Shown piece after piece: positions 1 through 7,715 of a DNA stretch of 29,489 nt. Each line of letters begins with the position of its first letter. The first letter of the stretch is position 1. This DNA is from a virus. The translations under genes and the position numbers were made by a program. The stretch is taken from IMG/VR virus record IMGVR_UViG_3300045988_149075, positions 1-29,489 of that record; one strand, given 5' to 3'. Below the pieces are notes generated by a model. It did no database searches. It saw only the letters and a program-made list of their open reading frames with translations, and had not been told where the DNA came from.

Positions 1-49
1 TAGGAACTTGGTGAGGTGCGCCTCCCCATAACTACGACTGTCCACCACA
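1..49. repeat. attL: 49-bp direct repeat identical to 29441..29489 (prophage boundary)
   Basis: Exact 49-nt identity between the first and last 49 nt of the window. A tyrosine integrase gene is adjacent and transcribed toward this end. Confidence 0.85.
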
Positions 50-191
50 ACAGTTCCGTTTTGGTGGTACAATTTCTGGCTACTATACCTTTTAGCTGGT
101 AGAGAGCCATAAGAGTTATTGGTGTAAAAATACCTGGAAGGGCAATTGCTCTTCTCAACTGCCCTTAGTATAGCAAAGTCGGTTAAATATG

Positions 192-1157
192 TCAATAGCC
201 TTGAGCTTTATTCATAGCTTTATAGAACTGACTTTCAGCCAACTCATCTTTAATTTGAAGATATATTTGGACCGTCGATATGTCACTGTGCCCTAGCAGC
301 TTCTGTATTGTCATGAGGTCGCAGCCAGCAATTAGCAATCGAACGGCGAAACTGTGACGTAATTGATGAGGCGTCATATGGATTCCAGCATGTTTCTTAA
401 AAGCTCGCTGTAGCTGCACTCTGGCAGTTTTATCATTTACTTTGAATAGAGGACCAGTAAAGCGGTTATAATCTGTAGCAAATTCATCTATCTTCTCTTT
501 TAAGCGCTCAGTGAGAAATACTGTGCGATCTTTGGATCCTTTCCCTTTAACGTATAGGTTTAACCCATCAATATCCTTATAGCTTACCCTAGCTATTTCT
601 GAAATGCGCAATCCAGTGTCGTAAGCGAAGTCGACAAGCATGTTTATATACTGATCTCTGCTATTTTCAGCCGTTTTTCGGAGGACTGACTGGATAACTT
701 GATGCTGTATGTATCTTGGGCGCGGTTTGGCGTTTTTGTGCGATTTGATGAGGTCAGGATTAATACAACTCACATTCATGCGCTCGTAGCACCATTTGAA
801 AAACGCTTTAATGACTCGCTTGACAGTGTTAGTAGTTGATCCAGCATGAGTTTTTCGGTATTCATAGAAATAAAAATCGAGCCATCTGACAGACAGCTCG
901 GTTATGTTAGTTTTATGTAATTCATTGCAGAAATTGACGAAGTGTTTGAGGCGAACTACCCTGGTTGCAATTGTCGATGGCGACATATCTTCGACGACTG
1001 CTGAATAATGAATAAACTGAAATGCCAGCTCGCGTATATTTTCGGTATAGTAGTCTGTCTGAAACGCAGACTCTGTGTGATGTAGATTGTCAATTACAGC
1101 TGTTTTTGAGGTGGTGGTTAATATGGATGGTGTCATTCTTCTCTCCTTAAATGACAT
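192..1157 (-). CDS. int: Tyrosine recombinase / phage integrase
   Basis: 321 aa. C-terminal catalytic residues are visible: R in GLRISE, HQLRHSF (HxxR), LLGH, and the Tyr in IYLQI. Sits next to attL. Confidence 0.9.
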   Translation of the reverse strand: MSFKERRMTPSILTTTSKTAVIDNLHHTESAFQTDYYTENIRELAFQFIHYSAVVEDMSPSTIATRVVRLKHFVNFCNELHKTNITELSVRWLDFYFYEYRKTHAGSTTNTVKRVIKAFFKWCYERMNVSCINPDLIKSHKNAKPRPRYIQHQVIQSVLRKTAENSRDQYINMLVDFAYDTGLRISEIARVSYKDIDGLNLYVKGKGSKDRTVFLTERLKEKIDEFATDYNRFTGPLFKVNDKTARVQLQRAFKKHAGIHMTPHQLRHSFAVRLLIAGCDLMTIQKLLGHSDISTVQIYLQIKDELAESQFYKAMNKAQGY

Positions 1158-1196
1158 TATGTTGACATATCACCTTATACGCCCCAAATATTCATT

Positions 1197-1469
1197 CTAC
1201 AGATTTTTTAAGTCAATGTAATGCTTCTCATGGCATTTGTGGCAGCCTTTAACTATGAAATATGGTGCTGTTGGACCGCTATATTTACGTATTTGACCCT
1301 TCATAACGGTAGCGAAATAATCAATCTTGATAATCTGCTTATACGTCTTCCATTCGTGTTCACAGCCATTTTTATTCTTACGTAATAGTCTAAGTTGTTC
1401 TCGATCTGCTTTAGCCTTATTAATCCGTTCAATGAGTTTACGTTTAGCTGCTTTAGTGTCAAATGTCAT
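1197..1469 (-). CDS. Small basic Cys/His-rich protein; candidate excisionase / recombination directionality factor, by position only
   Basis: 90 aa with C-x-H...C-x2-C-H-x2-H residues. Immediately upstream of int on the same strand. Its start overlaps the preceding ORF's stop (ATGA). Confidence 0.3.
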   Translation of the reverse strand: MTFDTKAAKRKLIERINKAKADREQLRLLRKNKNGCEHEWKTYKQIIKIDYFATVMKGQIRKYSGPTAPYFIVKGCHKCHEKHYIDLKNL

Positions 1470-1759
1470 ACGCCTGCCTTTTTACATAAGTACGTAAATA
1501 ATCGTCCTGGAGTTTGTTTTGCTTCTAGCGCAGTTTCTGCTAATTGCCAAACTGTAGCTTCTGGTAATTTCCAGAATACTTTACAGTAAAATGCGAAGTA
1601 TTGTTCATTTCCAAACATCTGGCATAATCTAGCCGCCATATTCTCTATCTGCTTGGATTTAGCATACTTATCACGACTAATATTAGTATTAGAATTAGAA
1701 TTATAGTTTCTATGAAACTTTTCTGCATTAGCATTAGAATTAATATTAGTGGTTTTCAC
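1466..1759 (-). CDS. Hypothetical protein (GTG start, GGAGGG RBS)
   Basis: 97-aa ORF, translationally coupled to the downstream ORF. Asn/Ser-rich N-terminus with a possible helical C-terminal domain. Confidence 0.5.
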   Translation of the reverse strand: MKTTNINSNANAEKFHRNYNSNSNTNISRDKYAKSKQIENMAARLCQMFGNEQYFAFYCKVFWKLPEATVWQLAETALEAKQTPGRLFTYLCKKAGV

Positions 1760-2016
1760 CTCTGTTAACCCTCCAAATTTTAAGCCAACAGCTAACTAGC
1801 ACCATTACTAGCTTTGGCGTTTTACATTTCCGAGGAGTTTTCCACAAGTCCGTAGTGCTAAGGGCTTGACAGAAAAATCCTATTTTTTTGGGAATATAAA
1901 AAATCCCCCTCCAGACTAACGCGCTGGCGAGGGACTAATAGGACCCTCTTGCGAGGGCATGCCTGATGTGTGATCATTACTAGTATTGCAAATATTTGAA
2001 TAAAAGTCAAGACATC

Positions 2017-2045
2017 AAAAACCCGCCCCCATTTTCAGAGGGCGG
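2017..2045 (-). terminator. Rho-independent terminator downstream of the 2054..2323 gene
   Basis: Minus-strand RNA: CCGCCC-UCUGAAAAUGG-GGGCGG followed by GUUUUU. Confidence 0.7.
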
Positions 2046-2053
2046 ATTGAGGG

Positions 2054-2323
2054 TTAAATTACCCAGTAAGGAATCAACATTTTATCGCCACAGACGGTCT
2101 TGATAACGCTTTTTGGAATCCATTTCAGAGTTCGGCGATAGTTTCCAACAAAGTCGTTTCCGTCCATATGATAACCAGCTGCATCTTCACACCATTCAAT
2201 CGCTACAGCTTTTTCAGTCTCTTTTACGATTTCATGACCAACCAAGTCTTCTACTGTTAGATTCTTGCTGTCGTCCTTCTTTCGGCTGACGTTGTTGTAG
2301 ATGATTTTTCCGACATATTCCAT
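2054..2323 (-). CDS. Hypothetical small protein (accessory/moron cassette)
   Basis: 89-aa ORF with its own consensus promoter upstream and a terminator downstream. Confidence 0.6.
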   Translation of the reverse strand: MEYVGKIIYNNVSRKKDDSKNLTVEDLVGHEIVKETEKAVAIEWCEDAAGYHMDGNDFVGNYRRTLKWIPKSVIKTVCGDKMLIPYWVI

Positions 2324-2374
2324 TTTATTATTCCTTTCGTTTAGTCGCTAGTTAAGTATTTCTTAACTATCTTT

Positions 2375-2403
2375 ATTATAGCTAACTAGTTTGTAAAATG
2401 CAA
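2375..2403 (-). promoter_or_regulatory. Sigma-70-type promoter TTGCAT-17-TATAAT (minus strand)
   Basis: -35 TTGCAT is the complement of 2398..2403. -10 TATAAT is the complement of 2375..2380. Spacer is exactly 17 nt. Confidence 0.7.
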
Positions 2404-2558
2404 GGGTTTTTCCATACTTTTTTGAAGATTTTTTCAGAGTTTTCCACATATAAAGATAATCCGCCTTTTTCAAGGCGGATTGTATCTCACAACTAGCGAC
2501 TAAACTAGTACTCAGATTGTAGCATTATTTTTCAGATCTCGCAATATCCGCGATATTT

Positions 2559-2888
2559 TCATACTATCCTGCTCTGATATTCTAAAACGTCCATCAATTC
2601 TAATAAGGTTATAATGTAGATATCGTCAGAGTTTTTATCTTTTGAGAATTCGATTTTATCAGCATTAATTGCAGCTTGCTCTTCTGGACCGACTTTTTCA
2701 GTATTGATTACAAAATAATCTTTCACGAAGTTATCTTTCGGATCACACCAAACTGCAACTAGAGCGCTACTACTATAAAGCTCGATATCCTCGTTCACTT
2801 CTTCTATTAAATCAGAGCTGTCAAACGACAAGTTGTGTTCGCGGTTAAACTTCAATCGTTCTGTTAAATCGTTTAAGTCGTGTTTCAT
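2559..2888 (-). CDS. Hypothetical highly acidic protein
   Basis: 109-aa ORF rich in D/E. Second gene of a two-gene operon, separated from the first by a GCCCG...CGGGC hairpin. RBS GAAGGA. Confidence 0.6.
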   Translation of the reverse strand: MKHDLNDLTERLKFNREHNLSFDSSDLIEEVNEDIELYSSSALVAVWCDPKDNFVKDYFVINTEKVGPEEQAAINADKIEFSKDKNSDDIYIITLLELMDVLEYQSRIV

Positions 2889-2931
2889 AAAATCCTTCTG
2901 CCCGATTTTCGCCTCGGGCGGGGCGTAATTT

Positions 2932-3195
2932 CTATTGTAGATATTCTCGGATTTCTTTTATCAAATTCTTAGTGCGTGCACCTGCTGGTTCATTTATAAC
3001 TTCAAATCCGTCGAATGGTTCAGCGTCGCTGTATTTGTCTAAGAATAAGTTTAGCTTCTTAGCGTTTTTATTTCGCAAGCCGCGCATTTTATCGATTAGC
3101 TGCTGGTTGTTCAAGTCTGAGCTGTCGTAAATGAAGATGTTCATTTGAATACCACCTGCTGTAAATTCGCTAGTTACTCGGATGTAGTTTTTCAT
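2932..3195 (-). CDS. Hypothetical small protein
   Basis: 87-aa ORF with RBS AAAGGAG, downstream of a TTGCAA-17-TATACT promoter. Confidence 0.6.
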   Translation of the reverse strand: MKNYIRVTSEFTAGGIQMNIFIYDSSDLNNQQLIDKMRGLRNKNAKKLNLFLDKYSDAEPFDGFEVINEPAGARTKNLIKEIREYLQ

Positions 3196-3294
3196 TGTTT
3201 TTCTCCTTTCGAGAGATTAGTTTAGTCGCTAGTTAGAGGGTTGTGCTGTCACGCCTTAATTCTTAGTTGCGTCGCTTCTTATCTAACTATCTTT

Positions 3295-3323
3295 AGTATA
3301 GCAAACTACTTAGCTAATTGCAA
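3295..3323 (-). promoter_or_regulatory. Sigma-70-type promoter TTGCAA-17-TATACT (minus strand)
   Basis: -35 at complement of 3318..3323, -10 at complement of 3295..3300, 17-nt spacer. Confidence 0.6.
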
Positions 3324-3341
3324 TACTTTTTATGATTTTTC

Positions 3342-3701
3342 TTAGACTTTTTTAGCTCGTGCCGCGGCACTTGCAGCCGCAGCTTTTTTAGCACGCTCGC
3401 GGCGTTGCTCAGGTGTCATATTACTTGAAGATTTTCGACCACCAAACGAACGTTTAGCTCCAATAATAGCATTAATACAACCGATAATATCCGCTTTACG
3501 TTCTAATAAGGCGTCAGCTCGATTTGTCGCGCCGCTCCAATCGCCAAGATTACTTAGAGGCTTAGTGCTGGCTCCGTGTGCCTTCAGCCAGTCGTGCGTC
3601 CATTGTAGAGGGCTTTTATTTACTCTGCTATTTTCGCGAGTAAGTTCGTAAATAAACTCAGCCTCGCTTAATTCTGTGATATTTTGTGATTTCATTGACA
3701 T
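3342..3701 (-). CDS. Hypothetical protein with Lys/Ala-rich (histone H1-like) C-terminal tail
   Basis: 119 aa. C-terminus reads RRERAKKAAAASAAARAKKV. Confidence 0.55.
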   Translation of the reverse strand: MSMKSQNITELSEAEFIYELTRENSRVNKSPLQWTHDWLKAHGASTKPLSNLGDWSGATNRADALLERKADIIGCINAIIGAKRSFGGRKSSSNMTPEQRRERAKKAAAASAAARAKKV

Positions 3702-3813
3702 TTTGCCAATTTCCTTTCTAACCAGGCGGGTGGTAAGGGGTGTTTGATTTTTATTTTAGGATGTGCTAATATTTATGGGTAATCTAGTTATCGCCTTTTT
3801 CGAAGGGCGATTT

Positions 3814-3856
3814 CTATTTGGAGCTCAATTTCGAACTTCCAGAATACTATCTTCAT
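3814..3856 (-). CDS. 13-codon leader ORF (MKIVFWKFEIELQI) within a long 5' leader
   Basis: Strong RBS GAAAGGAGAA 7 nt upstream of the ATG. Lies in the ~210-nt leader of gene 3342..3701 and is followed by a hairpin at 3791..3810. Confidence 0.35.
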
Positions 3857-3918
3857 AGCTTTCTCCTTTCTAGCCGCCTGATTGTAAATGTTCTGGTGAT
3901 CCCCTTACCACTGTCTTT

Positions 3919-3947
3919 ATTATAGCTAACTACTTAGCTAAATGCAA
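3919..3947 (-). promoter_or_regulatory. Sigma-70-type promoter TTGCAT-17-TATAAT (minus strand)
   Basis: -35 at complement of 3942..3947, -10 at complement of 3919..3924, 17-nt spacer. Confidence 0.7.
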
Positions 3948-4158
3948 GGGTTTTTATGAAAAAAGTTAGAGATTTTTTGGTGAACCTGTGGAAAACTCAC
4001 TTCCCGTAAAATATATAGCGATATTCTTTATAGAGTCTAATGATAATACGTTTTAACACAGTTTAATTTTACCAAATAAAAAACTACCCTCGATCAAAAG
4101 TAGTAGTTAAAGTAGTAGTTTTTTATTCTGATAATCAAACGGCTTAGACCGTAATCTA

Positions 4159-4167
4159 ATTATATCA
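4159..4167 (-). promoter_or_regulatory. Extended -10 element TGATATAAT (minus strand), same class as the late promoter cassettes
   Basis: Complement of 4159..4167 reads TGATATAAT. Downstream, TACGGTCTAAGCCG partially resembles the conserved late leader motif. Confidence 0.4.
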
Positions 4168-4203
4168 TAAAGTTCTTTCAACTGTTCGGAATTTCCGAAC
4201 TGT

Positions 4204-4506
4204 TCAGTTGTTCGGTATTTCCGAATTACTCAATTGTTTTTTCTCCTTATATTTTTCTTTTAACAGCTCAACTATTGCTCCAATAACTGGCATCAATCGA
4301 CTAATAGCTGCGGCAATAACTGCAATAACTGCTGAGAATACCGTGTGTCCTGTTAGACTGTCCAAGCTTGCGATAAACTTGCTAAACTCAGGACTGCTGT
4401 ATAGCACTGTGAATGCTCCCATTGCTCCCAATAGTCCTTGCAAAAATGTCCTCATTGCTCGACCGTTTTTAGTTTCTGGACTAAATAATAATTTAATCTT
4501 TTCCAT
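4204..4506 (-). CDS. Putative holin (two hydrophobic helices)
   Basis: 100 aa with two TM-like segments (GLLGAMGAFTVL, VFSAVIAVIAAAISRLMPVIGAIV) and a charged C-terminus. Located in the lysis cassette. Confidence 0.6.
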   Translation of the reverse strand: MEKIKLLFSPETKNGRAMRTFLQGLLGAMGAFTVLYSSPEFSKFIASLDSLTGHTVFSAVIAVIAAAISRLMPVIGAIVELLKEKYKEKKQLSNSEIPNN

Positions 4507-4517
4507 ATCTCCTCCTA

Positions 4518-4847
4518 CTATTTTTCCTCAGTACCGTACACGCCGCGAGATTCACGCTCAACCTTACGATTAGCCAGCCACATAATAGCTTCCTCAATTT
4601 TCGTAAGAGCTAAACTGTTTTCACGACAAGGCAATCCTCGGTTGTAGTCTGCTAGTTTTGAGTAAGCTACAATAAGCAAGTCCTCAATAAATACACCGTT
4701 GCGCTCTGTGGTAGCTGTGCCGCCAGTTTGAAACTTGATTTTCAGTACCTCTTTGCCCGCGATATTAAGAGAAACTTCGTCGCCTGGCGTGCCGCGATTC
4801 AGTTCATTGTGCAATTCTTCTAGTGCATTATATTTGGTAGTTTTCAT
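4518..4847 (-). CDS. Hypothetical protein between endolysin and holin
   Basis: 109-aa ORF. Confidence 0.5.
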   Translation of the reverse strand: MKTTKYNALEELHNELNRGTPGDEVSLNIAGKEVLKIKFQTGGTATTERNGVFIEDLLIVAYSKLADYNRGLPCRENSLALTKIEEAIMWLANRKVERESRGVYGTEEK

Positions 4848-4856
4848 ACTTCCTCC

Positions 4857-5831
4857 TTATTTCTTAAACTTAAAAATACTTAGTAGAAAATCGATAATCT
4901 TCTCTAATAGGCTTTTATTCTTAGCAACATCTTGACTTAATTTAGCGATAGACCTCATCACGTCTTCGTTTGTAGGTTGTGGTGCTACAATCTCTGGCTT
5001 TTTGTCTGGTTCAGTCTTCACAGTAGGTGCAACTACTACAGGACGCCTCTCTGGTCGTGGCGTGCCTGCATCTCCATTCGCTAATTCACGCACTCGTTCC
5101 GCTAATACCCAAATTCCATCATCTGCCATTTTCAGTTGTAGATAGCGTTTGTTATTCTCGGTAGTTTCGTCTAATATCTCTGTACTACCAACAATTCGGA
5201 AGTAATCTCCTGTATTTATCTCTCCGTCCAGCAGATAGCCGTCTTTATCTGTCCTTACTGCTACAGAAACAGGTACACCGTTATCTTCCCAGTCGAACTC
5301 ATCAATTAGTCGGTTACATCTAATTTGTCGTAAGTCGAATACGGTTGCTACTTCATCTGCGTAATAAACTTCAGGAAGTGCTACACGCTTAGTTTCTTGA
5401 GGCTTACCTACATACCTGTAAAATGCATACGGTGGGCAACCTGACGCACTCCAGAGCCAGTCGTGATTGTCTATTACAATACCTGTCTGATAGCGACAGT
5501 TAATCACGTTATCTGCGTCAACAAACATTCCTGTATGACCCAACGCGCCGCCTGAATTGCCTCGAATGCCCCAGATGAAGATATCTCCGCGTTGTGTGTC
5601 TGCCTCGCCGTTTGCGTCTTCAGGCAGTCGTACCCAACCGTTCTTTTCTAGTGCGTCGAATAAGGTGTCAGTGTTGCCAATCCAATAGCTTGCAGGTAAA
5701 AGACCCGCCTCTTTTAGAGCGTGATATACAGAGCTTGAACAGTCGTATGAATTTGGACCATTACGATTTTCCATTGAATAAGAAACTCGACCTTTACGTG
5801 CGTAAAACCAAGCTAGTGCTTTTTCTATCAT
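4857..5831 (-). CDS. Endolysin: N-terminal CHAP peptidase domain plus C-terminal SH3b-like cell-wall-binding region
   Basis: Cys in NSYDCSSSVYHAL and His in ALGHTGMFV match the CHAP catalytic pair. C-terminal half is beta-rich and SH3-like, with a basic, amphipathic extreme C-terminus. Confidence 0.8.
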   Translation of the reverse strand: MIEKALAWFYARKGRVSYSMENRNGPNSYDCSSSVYHALKEAGLLPASYWIGNTDTLFDALEKNGWVRLPEDANGEADTQRGDIFIWGIRGNSGGALGHTGMFVDADNVINCRYQTGIVIDNHDWLWSASGCPPYAFYRYVGKPQETKRVALPEVYYADEVATVFDLRQIRCNRLIDEFDWEDNGVPVSVAVRTDKDGYLLDGEINTGDYFRIVGSTEILDETTENNKRYLQLKMADDGIWVLAERVRELANGDAGTPRPERRPVVVAPTVKTEPDKKPEIVAPQPTNEDVMRSIAKLSQDVAKNKSLLEKIIDFLLSIFKFKK

Positions 5832-5832
5832 A

Positions 5833-6210
5833 TTATTTCCTCCTTACTTGTGTTTGTTGAACTTCTTCTTGTAATTCCGTAACGGTTTTATTTTGCTGAA
5901 TTAAGTTATTAGTTGCATAAATCGCCAATCCCACAAGTGCGATTGCAAATAATTTCGCTAAATTGCTTGTTACCAGTTTCCAAAAGTTCATAACGCCTTC
6001 GATTTCAGTACGTTTTACATATTTTTCTTCTGATTCTTTTTCGTGTTCTGCGATGTATGTTTTTAATTGAGCCTGAGTAACGTTTGCTCGTGCGATATTC
6101 TCAATTCGCTCTAGCATGACAGTATGCTTGTCTACGCCATCCTTAATGTATTCGACCTTAGCTTGTAACGCGCCGAACTCTTTAGCTGATACTTCTGGTT
6201 GTTCGTTCAT
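5833..6210 (-). CDS. XhlA-like membrane protein (holin-associated / hemolysin XhlA family)
   Basis: 125 aa. N-terminal coiled-coil region followed by one TM helix (LAKLFAIALVGLAIYATNNL). Confidence 0.55.
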   Translation of the reverse strand: MNEQPEVSAKEFGALQAKVEYIKDGVDKHTVMLERIENIARANVTQAQLKTYIAEHEKESEEKYVKRTEIEGVMNFWKLVTSNLAKLFAIALVGLAIYATNNLIQQNKTVTELQEEVQQTQVRRK

Positions 6211-6295
6211 AAAAAACTGCGGTTATTCAAATTATTAGTTGAAATTACCGCAGTTTACCGTAAGCGTGACGTGATATGTTTATATTATAATATCA
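6211..6295 (-). promoter_or_regulatory. Late promoter cassette C: -10 TATAAT, conserved leader motif, terminator-like hairpin and U6 directly abutting the ATG
   Basis: Minus strand reads TGATATTATAAT, then TCACGTCACGCTTACGGTAAACTGCGGTAAT (complement of 6244..6274), then hairpin ACUGCGGUAAUUUCAA...UUUGAAUAACCGCAGU, then UUUUUU-AUG. Confidence 0.6.
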
Positions 6296-6343
6296 TTTCT
6301 CATAAACATCAAGGGTCAGCTTCATCTGTCGCACAGTATAGAT

Positions 6344-6709
6344 TTGACGACCATGCCTGTTGCTGGATTTATAGCAACTAAGACCAACAACGACGTTAAT
6401 GCTAAAAAACCGCTAAAAATGCAATGCGGTCGTGCAAGGGTTGTCATACCTACTGACGCAATTGAAGCTACTGTTGTGGTACAATTTCCAGAGCAGTTTA
6501 ATAGTGGTACAACGCCTGTTGTTACATGTACGTATAACGGCTACGGCAACGCTAGCGATCCGTGGACAGACGCACCAAATCCATCTTGGGCTGGTGCAGC
6601 AATTGGGGCAGTTAGCGTTACTAATTCAGGATTTACGGCAAGGTGTCGGCGTTTTGATGGGGCTATGCTAAGAGGTACGTATTATTTTAGCTGGATGGCT
6701 ATAGGCTAA
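6344..6709 (+). CDS. H-type lectin domain protein, encoded antisense to the tail operon
   Basis: 121 aa. C-terminal NSGFTARCRRFDG...YYFSWMAIG matches the H-type lectin signature (TxGF...W.A.G). Its stop codon abuts the stop of the convergent minus-strand gene. Confidence 0.55.
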   Translation: MTTMPVAGFIATKTNNDVNAKKPLKMQCGRARVVIPTDAIEATVVVQFPEQFNSGTTPVVTCTYNGYGNASDPWTDAPNPSWAGAAIGAVSVTNSGFTARCRRFDGAMLRGTYYFSWMAIG

Positions 6710-7636
6710 TTATTTCGTGTAGTATATCGTAACCGATAACAATCCGGCTGATCCAGTATTAAATCGCAACTGCCAGCCACCATTATAAAATGTTACCTTA
6801 AGCTGTGAGTTCTGTCCGCTTGGTGCATTCGGGTTGATATACTCAATTGGGTAGAAATCAGCACCAGCACGTATTCCACCCTCTGTTTTTATAATCGTCA
6901 GGGAGGATGTTTTAGGAAGACCGATATCAATAATCTGTTCTACATTACCTAGCGACCGTGTATTCACTTCAAAAGTCTGTCTGAAGATATTTTTCCCATT
7001 TAGCCATTTTTGACCCGTATCTTGTTCAGTCGTGCTGTATTTATTGCCTGGCATGGTCGTCAAATCTATACTGTGCGACGAAAGCTTGCCGTAATTGATA
7101 GCAATCATCTCATCTGTAATTGTAGTTGTGGAAGATTCGGTTGTAATATTAGCAATGACCGCAATAACAGCCTGCGAGCCAGTAGCGCCGTCTTGCGTCA
7201 CAGCCTGCCTAATCTGAGATTCAGTTGGTGCCACTGGTGTAGCAGAGGTAGAACCATAAACAACGATTAAACCGCACGATGACGGTGAACCTGTAGTATT
7301 AGTATCTGTAGAGTTTAGTGCGATATTGTCAGAATAAGCCACGACACTTGCAATGCGTTTATTAGAGCTTGGTGCAGTAATTCTAATAACTTGCTGACCG
7401 ACGATATCAAGTGCAATCAAAAAGCCACTCGGTAATTTACCTAGCACGACATCTGGGTTATCGGTTGTTCCCCCCACTAGAACATTCATGTCGGCTACAG
7501 TATTTCTAACAACTCCACGTCCCGAAAACAGCCCGTCAGAATGCTGCTGTGCCCACATGTTCGCTTCATACACACTACCCCGACCGTTCGGACGAGAACG
7601 TAATCTAACAATTTTTCCTGGATTGGTAAAAGCCAT
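6710..7636 (-). CDS. Putative receptor-binding protein / tail fibre
   Basis: 308 aa with a Ser/Thr-rich beta-rich body. Sits in the distal tail module and is preceded by its own late promoter cassette. Confidence 0.5.
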   Translation of the reverse strand: MAFTNPGKIVRLRSRPNGRGSVYEANMWAQQHSDGLFSGRGVVRNTVADMNVLVGGTTDNPDVVLGKLPSGFLIALDIVGQQVIRITAPSSNKRIASVVAYSDNIALNSTDTNTTGSPSSCGLIVVYGSTSATPVAPTESQIRQAVTQDGATGSQAVIAVIANITTESSTTTITDEMIAINYGKLSSHSIDLTTMPGNKYSTTEQDTGQKWLNGKNIFRQTFEVNTRSLGNVEQIIDIGLPKTSSLTIIKTEGGIRAGADFYPIEYINPNAPSGQNSQLKVTFYNGGWQLRFNTGSAGLLSVTIYYTK

Positions 7637-7712
7637 AATTCTCCCCTTAATTGAATTACCGCAGTTTACCGTAAGCGTGACGTGATTATTTATCTGTGGT
7701 TATTATATCATT
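7637..7712 (-). promoter_or_regulatory. Late promoter cassette D: extended -10 TGATATAAT, conserved leader motif, RBS AAGGGGAG
   Basis: Complement of 7702..7710 reads TGATATAAT. The conserved motif is the complement of 7656..7686. No hairpin in this copy. Confidence 0.6.
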
Positions 7713-7715
7713 ATT

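Noticed and set aside
1866-1900. TTGACA ... TATAAA promoter-like pair on the plus strand
   Set aside because: The spacer is ~23 nt, too long for a sigma-70 promoter, and no plus-strand gene follows.
6432-6671. 79-aa plus-strand ORF nested inside the H-lectin ORF in another frame
   Set aside because: Leu-rich, low-complexity alternative-frame translation with no start context.
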